Shown here: piece after piece, positions 9,757 to 19,376 of the stretch
Layout: each line of letters starts with the position of its first letter
Numbering within the stretch: position 1 is the stretch's first letter
Assembly: GCA_012800525.1 (NCBI GenBank)
Contig: JAAZJD010000021.1
Coordinates: forward strand, 85,048-149,047
Source of the DNA: Clostridiales bacterium
Lineage (GTDB): Bacteria; Bacillota; Clostridia; Christensenellales; DTU072
Direction of reading: 5' to 3'
DNA: 64,000 nt
Program-made: the position numbers and the translations under genes
The notes under the pieces: generated by a model
Databases searched by the model: none
Seen by the model: the letters and a program-made list of their open reading frames with translations, nothing else
Told to the model about the DNA's origin: nothing

Positions 9757-10722
9757 TTAAAAAGATAGTTTATTTGCTATGGCATATAACTCTTTGTTAA
9801 ATTTACAAGGTGCAGACAAAGCCTCATCAATTGATAAAGCGATAATTTTATTATCTTTGATACCCACACAATGACCACCTTTATAACCATTATCGAATAA
9901 TGCAACGGCTCTTTCTGCTAAGCGCGCCCCAAGAACTCTATCAGCCATTGAAGGAGAACCACCACGTTGAATATAACCTAATTTGACTGTTCTAATTACA
10001 ATATCTATTTCTTCTTGTATCATAATCTTTAAATCCGCACAACTACATACCCCTTCTGCTAATACAATAATATCAGAAGCTTTTCCTTTTATATTATTTG
10101 TACGCATTTTGTCAGTAATGGTCTTTAAATCAAATGGTAATTCTGGTACCACAATACTCTCTGCCCCTGATGCAATTCCCGCATATAAAGCAATATCTCC
10201 ACATTTTCTACCCATAACTTCTATAATACAAGCTCTATCATGTGAAGTCATTGTATCTCTAATGTTATTTATTGCTGATACAACAGTATTAGTTGCTGTA
10301 TCAAAACCAATTGTATAATCAGTATACGACAAATCATTATCAATTGTGCATGGGATTCCTACACAAGAAATACCTCCTAAGTTAACAAGATCTCTAGCAC
10401 CTTTGAAAGAACCATCCCCGCCTATAACAATGAGCCCATCTATTTTAAAAGCTTTCAAAATTTCTGCTGCTTTTTTTACGCCTGCCTCTGTATTGAACTC
10501 CTCACTTCTCGCTGTCTTTAGTATTGTCCCGCCTCGTTGGATAATATCAGACACACTTCTCGAATCCATTCTTTTGATTTGTCTATTCAAAAGTCCATCA
10601 AAACCTCTTTCAATACCATAAATTTCATGCCCTGCAAAGCTACCGCTTCTAACAACCGCCCTAATGGTCGCATTCATTCCAGGAGCATCCCCACCACTTG
10701 TAAGTACTGCTATTTTTGCCAT
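9757..10722 (-). CDS. pfkA: ATP-dependent 6-phosphofructokinase
   Basis: Has KIAVLTSGGDAPGMNA, VIGGDGSFKG, IPCTIDNDL and MGRKCGDIAL. Length and motifs match classical PfkA. Confidence 0.9.
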   Translation of the reverse strand: MAKIAVLTSGGDAPGMNATIRAVVRSGSFAGHEIYGIERGFDGLLNRQIKRMDSRSVSDIIQRGGTILKTARSEEFNTEAGVKKAAEILKAFKIDGLIVIGGDGSFKGARDLVNLGGISCVGIPCTIDNDLSYTDYTIGFDTATNTVVSAINNIRDTMTSHDRACIIEVMGRKCGDIALYAGIASGAESIVVPELPFDLKTITDKMRTNNIKGKASDIIVLAEGVCSCADLKIMIQEEIDIVIRTVKLGYIQRGGSPSMADRVLGARLAERAVALFDNGYKGGHCVGIKDNKIIALSIDEALSAPCKFNKELYAIANKLSF

Positions 10723-10747
10723 TTTTTCTCCTTAAATCTCAATATTA

Positions 10748-11995
10748 TTATCTTATATGTCCATTTCCTCTTATGACATATTTAATAGAAGTTAACTCTT
10801 CAATACCAATAGGCCCTCTAACATGTAATTTCTGAGTTGAAATTCCCATTTCGGCACCAAGCCCTAATTCAAACCCATCAGTAAACCTAGTTGATGCATT
10901 GATATAAACTGCTGCACTATCAACCTGAGTTCCAAATTGCTCCATTTCTTTTTCATCAGTCGTCATTATTGAATCAGAATGATTTGTACTGTATTTATTG
11001 ATATGATAAATTGCCTCATCAATTCCATTGACTATAATAACTTTAATTTGCGGAGCATGGTATTCGGTATAATATTCATCTTCTGTTATTTCTATTCCAT
11101 ATCCACAATATTTTTTAGCTTCTTTTGAAACCCTTATTTCAATACCTGCTTCTTTTAACATATCACAAAAATCTTTTAATGTTTTTGCTGCAATAGATTT
11201 GTCAATCAACAATGTTTCAAGAGCATTGCAAACCCCAGGTCTACTGACTTTTGCATTATATACAACCCTTTTTGACATAGCAATATCTGCGCTTTTAGCA
11301 ATATACATATGACAATTTCCACCAGCTGAAGCAAGCACCGGCATTGTAGCATTTTCAAGCACAACTTTTTTTAAACCTTCGCCGCCTCTTGGAATAACTA
11401 TATCTATATATTTATCTTGCTTTAACATTTCAATCGTTGCTTGCCTATCTAAGCTACTTATCAAACTAACTAATGCTGTATCCATATTTAATTCAGTTAA
11501 AGCTGATTTTATAGCATCGACAATTGCTTCTACACTGTTTATACTTTCTCTACTTCCTCTTAAAACTACAGCATTACCGCTTTTGATACATAAAATTGCT
11601 GCATCTAAAGCAACATTTGGTCTTGCTTCAAAAATAATACCAATTACACCTAAAGGTGAACGTACTCTATCGACATGTAAACCATTTGGAAGATCATAAC
11701 TGCTTACTATTTTGCCAACAGGATCTTCTAAAGCAATTACAGCATCTATCCCTTTACACATTTGTAAAACTCTCTCTTCGTTTAGGGCTAGTCTATCGAT
11801 AAAAGCTGCGTCTCTATTATTATTTTTTGCAATAACAAGATCTTTTTTATTTGCTTCTATAATTTTTTTAGCACTATCAGCAATATGTTTTTTTATGTTT
11901 TTTAAAAGATTATTTTTTAAATTAGTATCCACTCTTGCAAATGTATATGATGCATCTTTAGCAAGCTGACATATATTTTTAATCTCTTTTTCCAT
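10748..11995 (-). CDS. proA: Gamma-glutamyl phosphate reductase
   Basis: 415-aa aldehyde dehydrogenase-fold protein with ProA-typical blocks (PLGVIGIIFEARPNV, AVVLRGS, C-terminal IKYVIRGNGHIR). Confidence 0.85.
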   Translation of the reverse strand: MEKEIKNICQLAKDASYTFARVDTNLKNNLLKNIKKHIADSAKKIIEANKKDLVIAKNNNRDAAFIDRLALNEERVLQMCKGIDAVIALEDPVGKIVSSYDLPNGLHVDRVRSPLGVIGIIFEARPNVALDAAILCIKSGNAVVLRGSRESINSVEAIVDAIKSALTELNMDTALVSLISSLDRQATIEMLKQDKYIDIVIPRGGEGLKKVVLENATMPVLASAGGNCHMYIAKSADIAMSKRVVYNAKVSRPGVCNALETLLIDKSIAAKTLKDFCDMLKEAGIEIRVSKEAKKYCGYGIEITEDEYYTEYHAPQIKVIIVNGIDEAIYHINKYSTNHSDSIMTTDEKEMEQFGTQVDSAAVYINASTRFTDGFELGLGAEMGISTQKLHVRGPIGIEELTSIKYVIRGNGHIR

Positions 11996-12025
11996 AACTT
12001 ACCTCTATCTAATTAAAACGGATTT

Positions 12026-12757
12026 TTATTCCTCTTCTTCCTCTTCTTCAAGTTCAGCATTATGATAAACGTTTTGAACATCATCGCTGTCTTCCAAAGC
12101 ATTAATGAGTTTAACTAAAGTTTCTTGATTTTCTGGTGTGATATAATTATCTGGAACCATATCAACTGCTTTATTTAAAATCACTGCTCCTGCATTTTCT
12201 AGTTGTTCTGCTTTGTCAAAAACATCTGAAGGGCTTACATAAATTTCATAAACCTCATCATCGATTACAATATCATCAGCTTCTATCTCCAAAGCTAAAA
12301 GCATCATATCTTCATCGCTCATTGTTTTATCTGCAACAATTACACCTTTTCTATTAAACATATATCCAACACAACCAGTTTGCCCTAAAGAACCACCATG
12401 TTTATCAAATGCATGGCGAACTTCACCGGCTGTTCTATTTCTATTATCTGTTAGTGCTTCTACTATGATAGCAACTCCATTTGGGCCATAGCCTTCATAT
12501 ACAACTTCCTCATAATGGATGTTGTCTAACTCACCACTAGCTTTTTTAATTGAACGATTAATATTGTCATTTGGCATATTTGCTTGTTTTGCCTTGGCAA
12601 TTACATCTCTAAGTCTAGAATTGCTGACAGGATCAGCACCGCCTTGTTTAACTGCGACAGATATTTCTCTACCGATTTTGGTAAATAAATTACCGCGTGC
12701 GGCATCTGCTTTCCCTTTTTTATGTTTAATGTTTGACCACTTACTATGACCTGCCAT
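12026..12757 (-). CDS. yebC: YebC/PmpR family DNA-binding transcriptional regulator
   Basis: Has the hallmark N-terminus MAGHSKWSNIKHKKG and is 243 aa. It ends in an unusual poly-Glu tail (ELEEEEEEE). Confidence 0.9.
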   Translation of the reverse strand: MAGHSKWSNIKHKKGKADAARGNLFTKIGREISVAVKQGGADPVSNSRLRDVIAKAKQANMPNDNINRSIKKASGELDNIHYEEVVYEGYGPNGVAIIVEALTDNRNRTAGEVRHAFDKHGGSLGQTGCVGYMFNRKGVIVADKTMSDEDMMLLALEIEADDIVIDDEVYEIYVSPSDVFDKAEQLENAGAVILNKAVDMVPDNYITPENQETLVKLINALEDSDDVQNVYHNAELEEEEEEE

Positions 12758-12768
12758 ATGAAAACTCC

Positions 12769-13515
12769 TTATTTTTTATTATTTAAAATTGTACTTACAG
12801 CTATTGAACATGCAACTGCTGCATTTAAACTCTCAATTAATGCTGATTTCATTGGGATACTCAAATATTTATACACATATTTTTTGATTTCTAAACTTAA
12901 ACCCTCTGCTTCACTGCCTACAACTAAAGCAAGATTTCTAGGAGGCTCAAAATCATATATATTCTCTCCTTTCATGTCTAAAGCACAAAGTTTATAGTTA
13001 GAGACTATTTTAAACAAATCAGCTATATTACATTCTACAATATTAGCATAAAAAACTCCACCCATAGATGCTCTAACAACCTTTGGAGAATAAGGATCTA
13101 CACAGTTAATTAAAACGAAATCCTGAACTCCCATAGCGACTGCTGTTCTAAAGATTGTTCCCAAATTACCAGGGTCCCTAATGTTATCTAATATTATAAC
13201 TAAATTTGAATCAATCTTTTTTGGTTTGGGTTTTCTGATGATAGCACAAATACCATTGCTATTTACTGTATCAGAAAGGGTATTAAAAATTACATCATCT
13301 ACAATATGTGTAATATCAGCCAATTTGGCATAATTTTGAGAATATTTTGTATAATCACTTTCTCTAATAAATAGACTTTCAATTTCTATGTTTTCAAAAT
13401 CTTTAAGCAAGTTATTTCCCTCAGCAACAAAAAGACCAAATTTTGATCTGTACTTTTTGTTGCCAAGGCTACGTAATAGCTTTAAGTTTTTATTGTCTTT
13501 TGATTTAATATACAT
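12769..13515 (-). CDS. TrmH/SpoU family RNA 2'-O-methyltransferase
   Basis: SpoU motifs NIRDPGNLGTIFRTA, LVVGSEAEGLS and IPM...ESLNAAVA. It lies downstream of rplT, as ysgA does in Bacillus. Confidence 0.8.
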   Translation of the reverse strand: MYIKSKDNKNLKLLRSLGNKKYRSKFGLFVAEGNNLLKDFENIEIESLFIRESDYTKYSQNYAKLADITHIVDDVIFNTLSDTVNSNGICAIIRKPKPKKIDSNLVIILDNIRDPGNLGTIFRTAVAMGVQDFVLINCVDPYSPKVVRASMGGVFYANIVECNIADLFKIVSNYKLCALDMKGENIYDFEPPRNLALVVGSEAEGLSLEIKKYVYKYLSIPMKSALIESLNAAVACSIAVSTILNNKK

Positions 13516-13524
13516 TTTTAAATT

Positions 13525-13547
13525 AAAACCTCCTTTTCGGAGGTTTT
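13525..13547 (-). terminator. Rho-independent terminator after rplT
   Basis: 9-bp stem AAAACCTCC (13525-13533) / GGAGGTTTT (13539-13547) with a 5-nt loop. Confidence 0.7.
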
Positions 13548-13566
13548 AAAAACATCTAAAATTTAT

Positions 13567-13917
13567 TTATATAGCTGCTTTTGCTTTATCGCATAACGCT
13601 GTAAATGCTGCACTATCATTAACGGCTATATCTGCTAAAACTTTTCTATTTAGTTCGATTCCCGCTACTTTTAATCCATGAATTAGCCTACTATATGACA
13701 AATCATTCATCCTTGCTGCTGCATTGATTCTTGTAATCCAAATTTTTCTAAAATCTCTTTTCTTTAGTCTTCTGCCAACATATGCATATTGACCCGATTT
13801 CATAACAGCTTGGCGAGCTATTCTATAATTAGTACCTTTTCTTCCAAAATATCCTTTTGCTTTTTTTAATATACTTCTACGTTTTTTAGTTGCGTTAACT
13901 GCTCTTTTAATTCTCAT
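13567..13917 (-). CDS. rplT: 50S ribosomal protein L20
   Basis: [25 protein letters not shown]... is 116 aa and lies in the conserved infC-rpmI-rplT order. Confidence 0.95.
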   Translation of the reverse strand: MRIKRAVNATKKRRSILKKAKGYFGRKGTNYRIARQAVMKSGQYAYVGRRLKKRDFRKIWITRINAAARMNDLSYSRLIHGLKVAGIELNRKVLADIAVNDSAAFTALCDKAKAAI

Positions 13918-13929
13918 AATTGCATCCTC

Positions 13930-14130
13930 CTACTTTTGACTATAAATCATATTTGATACTGTCTTTTCTTGTGTTTCATGAACATATGCTCCTTGACGTA
14001 AACCTCTCTTACGCTTTGTTGTCTTTTTTGTTAAAATATGATTTTTACCTTGTTTACTTCTCTTAATTTTTCCTGTAGCGGTAAAACTAAAACGCTTCTT
14101 AGATGCACTGTGTGACTTTTGTTTTCCCAT
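13930..14130 (-). CDS. rpmI: 50S ribosomal protein L35
   Basis: [24 protein letters not shown]... is 66 aa and basic. An AAGGAG RBS lies upstream. Confidence 0.9.
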   Translation of the reverse strand: MGKQKSHSASKKRFSFTATGKIKRSKQGKNHILTKKTTKRKRGLRQGAYVHETQEKTVSNMIYSQK

Positions 14131-14686
14131 AGTTATTCTCCTTATAGTATATTATTTTATTTTTTTGCTTTGTTGATATTGGAGCAAGCACCATATATAT
14201 TGAACGACCTTGTTGGACTGGAGCACTTTCGATTTCAGCAATATCTGATAATATATCAAAAAAGTCATTCATAACTTCAAATCCTGCTTCAGGATGAGCT
14301 AATTGACGTCCTCTCATTCTAATGCTAGCTCTAACTTTATCACCGTTTTCTATAAACTCTCTTCCTTTTTTAGCCTTGGTTTTCAAATCGCCGACATCAA
14401 TTGTTGCTGAAAGCCATATATCTCTCAATTGAACAGAGGCTTGCGCTTGCTTTCTTCTTTCCTCTTTGTCTTTTTTAATTTGATCATAGCGATACTTTTT
14501 ATAATCCATGATTTTAGCAACAGGTGGATTTGCTGTTGGTGATATAAGTACCAAATCTAAATTCTGCTCATATGCCTTATTTAAAGCATAATCAACATTA
14601 AATATCCCCAACATTTCACCATTTGGATCAATTAGCCTAACTTCTTTTGCCCTTATTTCAGAGTTAATTGGTAATTCTTTAATAAT
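14099..14686 (-). CDS. infC: Translation initiation factor IF-3, with ATT start codon
   Basis: The ORF track begins at an internal Met. The conserved IF-3 N-terminus [26 protein letters not shown] lies in frame upstream. It begins at ATT (14686-14684), 5 nt after AGGAGG. Non-AUG (AUU) starts are the rule for infC. The 3' end overlaps rpmI by 32 nt. Confidence 0.85.
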   Translation of the reverse strand: MIKELPINSEIRAKEVRLIDPNGEMLGIFNVDYALNKAYEQNLDLVLISPTANPPVAKIMDYKKYRYDQIKKDKEERRKQAQASVQLRDIWLSATIDVGDLKTKAKKGREFIENGDKVRASIRMRGRQLAHPEAGFEVMNDFFDILSDIAEIESAPVQQGRSIYMVLAPISTKQKNKIIYYKENNYGKTKVTQCI

Positions 14687-14712
14687 GCTTTCCTCCTAGA
14701 GTTGTTTTAAAA

Positions 14713-14830
14713 TAAAAAAATGTGCTTTTAACACATCTCACCAAAAATTATAATATCAAATACTAAATTGATTATTATTTAATTTTAGAACCATTCTGCT
14801 CAATTACATCTGGTGAGATTTTTCTACTTC
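14713..14830 (-). promoter_or_regulatory. L20-leader-like attenuator upstream of infC-rpmI-rplT
   Basis: On the minus strand, a 9-bp long-range helix ATCTCACCA (rc of 14811-14819) pairs with TGGTGAGAT (rc of 14735-14743). It abuts a small terminator hairpin ATGTG/CACAT (14720-14736) followed by a T7 run. This architecture resembles the Bacillota L20 leader. The assignment is by eye only. Confidence 0.45.
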
Positions 14831-14836
14831 TTGCAA

Positions 14837-14866
14837 ATAATAACATTATCATAATGACATTGTCAA
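14837..14866 (-). promoter_or_regulatory. Putative sigma-A promoter of the infC operon
   Basis: On the minus strand, TTGACA (rc of 14861-14866), an 18-nt spacer, then TATTAT (rc of 14837-14842). Confidence 0.4.
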
Positions 14867-14927
14867 TAAAATTTGTAACAACAACTTTTTTAAATCTATA
14901 ATGTTAAGTCTATAACTAATAAATGCA

Positions 14928-15416
14928 CTAAATTGATTTTACTAATGTAAGTAATCCTGCTATAGCAAACGATATCCCAAAGAGTATGTAAAGCCAGTCC
15001 TTATGAAAATAAGCAATTGAAATTAAAACAGCACCAGCCAATAGACCAAATATTAAAATCCCATATGCTAAAGTCAATTTAAATCCTTTTTCTTTTTTGC
15101 TAATCGTATCTGCTAACATCAATACTGAGATAATAATAATAATTGCTGCCCCTAGTATAATATAAGTAATTTCAGAAAGAGAACCAATAGCAGTCAAAAA
15201 GACCTGCAAGACTCCTGCTATTATCAAAAGGATTCCTAAAGTATATTGTTTTTTAGCAAGAATATATGAGCCAACGCCAACGAAAAACACCCCAAGACCT
15301 AATAACATATAATAGAAATAACTATATTTAAAAATACTAATTAGTATACCAAAAATTATTGCAATTAAGCCTAAAATTAAATTGATTGCATTAGTTTTTC
15401 TATTTGATTTTGCCAC
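14928..15416 (-). CDS. Hypothetical integral membrane protein (about 5 TM segments)
   Basis: Strongly hydrophobic 162-aa ORF. A GTG start is preceded by GAGGT with a 5-nt spacer. No recognisable family. Confidence 0.55.
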   Translation of the reverse strand: MAKSNRKTNAINLILGLIAIIFGILISIFKYSYFYYMLLGLGVFFVGVGSYILAKKQYTLGILLIIAGVLQVFLTAIGSLSEITYIILGAAIIIIISVLMLADTISKKEKGFKLTLAYGILIFGLLAGAVLISIAYFHKDWLYILFGISFAIAGLLTLVKSI

Positions 15417-15462
15417 AACTTACCTCACTTGTTCTTTTCCTACACTCATTTTAATGCAAAAT

Positions 15463-17394
15463 TTATGATAAAACTTTATTATCAATCTCTTCTTTCAGTA
15501 TATTAATAAACTCATCTAGAGGCATGGTACCGATGTCACCTTTTGATCTTTTTCTAACTGCTACAACTCCTGCTTCAACTTCTTTATCGCCAATAATTAG
15601 CATATACGGTATTTTTTCAAGTTGAGCTTCTCGAATTTTATATCCAACTTTTTCATTTCTTGTATCTGAAGTTGCCCTAATGTTTGCCTTTTTTAAAAGT
15701 TTCTCAACATCTTTAGCATTTTCAATTGTTCTATCTGTCAAACTAATAACTCTAACTTGCTCTGGAGAAAGCCATAATGGCATTGCTCCTTTATATTTTT
15801 CTAACAATAAAGCCATTGTTCTTTCATAACATCCAATTGATGTCCTATGAATAATGTATGGTCTTTTCTTTTGCCCATCTTCATCAATATATGTCATATC
15901 AAAGTTTTCAGCTAAAAACATATCAACTTGAATCGTTACTAGAGTATCTTCTTTTCCATAAACATTTTTAATTTGGATATCTAATTTTGGTCCATAAAAA
16001 GCGGCTTCACCTATGCCTGTTGTATATTCAATATTTAAATCTTTTAAAATCTTTTCCATTTCATTTTCAGCAGCTTCCCATTTTGATGGGTCATTTATAT
16101 ACTTCTCAGTTGCCGATGGATCCCAGCGAGAAAACCTGTAACTAATATCACCATCTAAACCAACGCTCTTTAAGACATAGTGAACTAAGTTTAAAACCTT
16201 TTTAAACTCTTCTTCAAGTTGTGATGGCATACAAATAATATGTGCCTCAGATATAGTAAATTGACGCACTCTAATTAAGCCATGCATTTCACCGCTAGAT
16301 TCGTTTCTAAAAAGAGTAGAGGTTTCAGCATATCTTATAGGCAAATCCCTATAAGATTTTAATCCATTGTTATATATTGTGTACTGGAATGGGCATGTCA
16401 TTGGCCTTAAAGCCATTACTTCATTTTCGTCTTCATTATCAATGACAAACATTCCATCTCTATAGTGATCCCAGTGCTTTGATATTTTATACAATTTACT
16501 TTTCGCTAAATAAGGTGTTTTAGTAAGTTCATATCCTTCTTTAGCTTCAGTGTCTTCTATAAAACGAGTTAAAACTTGAAAGAGTTTTGCTCCTTTTGGC
16601 ATTAATAAAGGTAAACCTTGGCCAATATTTTCATCAGTCATAAAATATCTAAGTTCTCTACCAATTTTATTGTGGTCGCTTTGTCTTGCCTCCTCTAAAG
16701 CTAATAAGTGAGCTTCTAAAGCCTCTTTTGTGTCAAAGCTAGTTCCATATATTCTTGTCAGCATTTTATTTTTCTCGTCACCACGCCAATACGCACCTGT
16801 AACTGATAACAATTTATATGCTTTTATATATCTTGTAGCTGGGACATGGGGACCTTTACATAAATCAATAAAATCATCTTGTTTATATATAGAAATTGTT
16901 TCTTCTGCTGGAAGATGCTCAATAAGATCAATTTTATATATTTCATTATGTTTTTCAAACATCTCTAAGGCTTCTTTTTTTGTTATTTCTTGTCTAACTA
17001 TAGGATAATTTGCTTTTATAATCTTAGCCATTTCCTTTTCAATGTTTTCTAAATCATCTTTATTTATTGGACTTACAAAATCAAAATCATAATAAAATCC
17101 ATTTTCAATTGCAGGTCCTATAGCAACTTTAACATCTGGATATAATCTCTTAACAGCTTGAGCCATAATATGAGCTGAACTATGTCTATATATATCCTTT
17201 CCTTCTGGCGCTTCATAAGTAATAAATTCAATTGTTGCATCAATTTCAACTGGAGCATATAAACCCACTAATGCTTCGTTAACCTTTACTGCTAAAATAC
17301 TGCGGAAATCTTCAGGGCATAAATCTCTTGCTATATCTGCAAACATAACCCCTTTATCATAATTATAAATTTTATCTTTGTATGTAATCTTCAT
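15463..17394 (-). CDS. thrS: Threonyl-tRNA synthetase
   Basis: Has a TGS-like N-terminus (KITYKDK...), the second-additional-domain motif HSSAHIMAQAV and a class II core (FRNESSGEMHGLIRVRQFT, HRTSIGCYER). The start is moved to ATG 17394, which is preceded by AAAGAGG. The track start at 17418 lacks an RBS. Confidence 0.9.
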   Translation of the reverse strand: MKITYKDKIYNYDKGVMFADIARDLCPEDFRSILAVKVNEALVGLYAPVEIDATIEFITYEAPEGKDIYRHSSAHIMAQAVKRLYPDVKVAIGPAIENGFYYDFDFVSPINKDDLENIEKEMAKIIKANYPIVRQEITKKEALEMFEKHNEIYKIDLIEHLPAEETISIYKQDDFIDLCKGPHVPATRYIKAYKLLSVTGAYWRGDEKNKMLTRIYGTSFDTKEALEAHLLALEEARQSDHNKIGRELRYFMTDENIGQGLPLLMPKGAKLFQVLTRFIEDTEAKEGYELTKTPYLAKSKLYKISKHWDHYRDGMFVIDNEDENEVMALRPMTCPFQYTIYNNGLKSYRDLPIRYAETSTLFRNESSGEMHGLIRVRQFTISEAHIICMPSQLEEEFKKVLNLVHYVLKSVGLDGDISYRFSRWDPSATEKYINDPSKWEAAENEMEKILKDLNIEYTTGIGEAAFYGPKLDIQIKNVYGKEDTLVTIQVDMFLAENFDMTYIDEDGQKKRPYIIHRTSIGCYERTMALLLEKYKGAMPLWLSPEQVRVISLTDRTIENAKDVEKLLKKANIRATSDTRNEKVGYKIREAQLEKIPYMLIIGDKEVEAGVVAVRKRSKGDIGTMPLDEFINILKEEIDNKVLS

Positions 17395-17555
17395 TTTATT
17401 GCCTCTTTGATTTAACAAATATTAATAAGAATTATAAACCAAATTCTTTAAAAATTAAAAGAAAATGATATGTATGTTCAATCGCCTCAAACAATAATAA
17501 ATTTTGCCAATTACAACAGCTAAAAGCCCTCATTTTCAAATAAACTTACCTACTT

Positions 17556-19376
17556 TTATTCTGTAATAATTCTACTCTCTATCGTGTCTTTTAACTCTAC
17601 AAACTTTGTATCAGCATCTATTTTGCTTAAAGCATTGCCAAACACTAATGGATTTAAGCTACCTATAATTTCCACAACAGCAGGATTATCTTTTAAATCT
17701 TCATACACTGAACTATCTAAACTATAATTAACTTCTTCCGAAACGATTTTGAAAAATACTGAGCAAGACACAATCTTATCCTTTTTTTGGCTTTCACTTT
17801 GCTCTTGTTGTAATACTTTATCAATAAAATCACTATATGGAAAATATCCTTTTCCTTTTAAATAATTTTCTAAATTTGGATCACCTACAAGCACATCTTC
17901 TTCAACACTGAAGTTTTTCATATCGTCGTGTTTTTCTGCACATGAATTTCTAAAAGCGACAAACTGAGTTGCTATATTATTAAAACTTGCTTTATAACCT
18001 ACTCTACCAACAATGCCTGAAGAATTTAAAACTCTATTTAAAATTCCCTTTGATTTTTCTGCATTTGTACCTGAAAAATCAAAAACATAATCTTTTAAGT
18101 TTACATTTTTAGAAACCATCAAATTGCCTTTTACGACACAATCTTTAATTGCAGAATCTGCTAGTTCACCCACAAGACCGCCGATATAGTATTTTTTGCC
18201 CTCTACAACAATTATGTTTAAATCTATTGAGCAATCATTAATTCCCGAATTATCTTCTAAATAACCCACTGCACCACCAATACTAGCAGCCTCAATTGCG
18301 CTACTGTCAATTATGGCATTAAGGGAATCGGTAATCTTATTAGACTCTAAATTTACTTCCTGCATTACTATAGACTCGCTAATATCACTTCTAATTGCTT
18401 GTCCTACAATGCCACCCAAATTTAATTTCTTTACAAAATATACATTGAGATTCGAACTTTTTAAATTAAATTGCGAAACATTTAAATTTTCAGAATATCC
18501 ACTAGCGCCACCTAGAAAAACATTCATTCCAGTTGCATTGATGTCACCACTATATTCACTATTACTAATTGAATTTTTATTTGCTCCGTTAGTAAGGATT
18601 GTAGACCGAACATAAGCCACTATGCCGCCAACAAACATATTTTTTGCAAATCCATTACTCGACTTTTGTGTATCAATATTGATACTTGATTTTACATTAT
18701 TGAAACTAATATTATCAAACCCATAACCTACAACTCCACCCACATATTGTGTGGTATGACCTTCATAATCTGTTAACTTTTCAAGCGGCTCTTCTTCAAT
18801 GTCATAATTATGTTTTGCTAAATTTGGTATTTTGTTCAAAATATTGCCTTCTACCGATACATTAGAAATTACGACACTATCAACAGCATGACCAATTAGG
18901 CTTGATGCATATGAAATATTTGCACAAGTTTCATAAGATATGCTAGCTTCTATTTTTAAATTTTTTATTTTTAAATTTTTAGCCTTTGCGATTAAAGAAT
19001 AATATGCGTTATCGTCTAAATTTTCAACATCTATAAGATCTTCTGATGTTTTTTGTGCCTCACATTCAATTTTATATTTAATGGTATGATTTTTTCCATC
19101 AATTGTGCCCATTAAAAAATCTCCAGCACCTGCAGCAATTGGTTTCCAATCTTCACTAGTAAAATCTAAATCGGACTTGATTTCGTAAGTGTATAACGAA
19201 TAATCCTCACCTATATTATTTGCAAGCAAAGCTTTAAAATCTTCCTCATTATTTATCTCAACTGTTTTTGATTCTTTAATTTGCGTTCCAGGTTGACAAG
19301 AAATTAATGCTAAAGTGAAAAGTAGCAAAACAACAATTAGTATAATTATTTTGATATTAGTTTTTAATCTAATCAT
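17556..19376 (-). CDS. Lipoprotein with repeated GLUG-like motifs
   Basis: Signal peptide plus lipobox (LLFTLALISC). There are at least 7 repeats of hydrophobic-GG-hydrophobic-hydrophobic-G-Y/E/Q (YVGGVVGY, FVGGIVAY, FLGGASGY, LGGIVGQ, IGGAVGY, YIGGLVGE) resembling the GLUG motif. Confidence 0.6.
   Translation of the reverse strand: MIRLKTNIKIIILIVVLLLFTLALISCQPGTQIKESKTVEINNEEDFKALLANNIGEDYSLYTYEIKSDLDFTSEDWKPIAAGAGDFLMGTIDGKNHTIKYKIECEAQKTSEDLIDVENLDDNAYYSLIAKAKNLKIKNLKIEASISYETCANISYASSLIGHAVDSVVISNVSVEGNILNKIPNLAKHNYDIEEEPLEKLTDYEGHTTQYVGGVVGYGFDNISFNNVKSSINIDTQKSSNGFAKNMFVGGIVAYVRSTILTNGANKNSISNSEYSGDINATGMNVFLGGASGYSENLNVSQFNLKSSNLNVYFVKKLNLGGIVGQAIRSDISESIVMQEVNLESNKITDSLNAIIDSSAIEAASIGGAVGYLEDNSGINDCSIDLNIIVVEGKKYYIGGLVGELADSAIKDCVVKGNLMVSKNVNLKDYVFDFSGTNAEKSKGILNRVLNSSGIVGRVGYKASFNNIATQFVAFRNSCAEKHDDMKNFSVEEDVLVGDPNLENYLKGKGYFPYSDFIDKVLQQEQSESQKKDKIVSCSVFFKIVSEEVNYSLDSSVYEDLKDNPAVVEIIGSLNPLVFGNALSKIDADTKFVELKDTIESRIITE

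Noticed and set aside
17395-17555. Possible T-box leader upstream of thrS.
   Set aside because: The spacer is only about 160 nt. I could not find the conserved T-box sequence (AGGGTGGTACCGCG-like) or a terminator/antiterminator pair on the minus strand.
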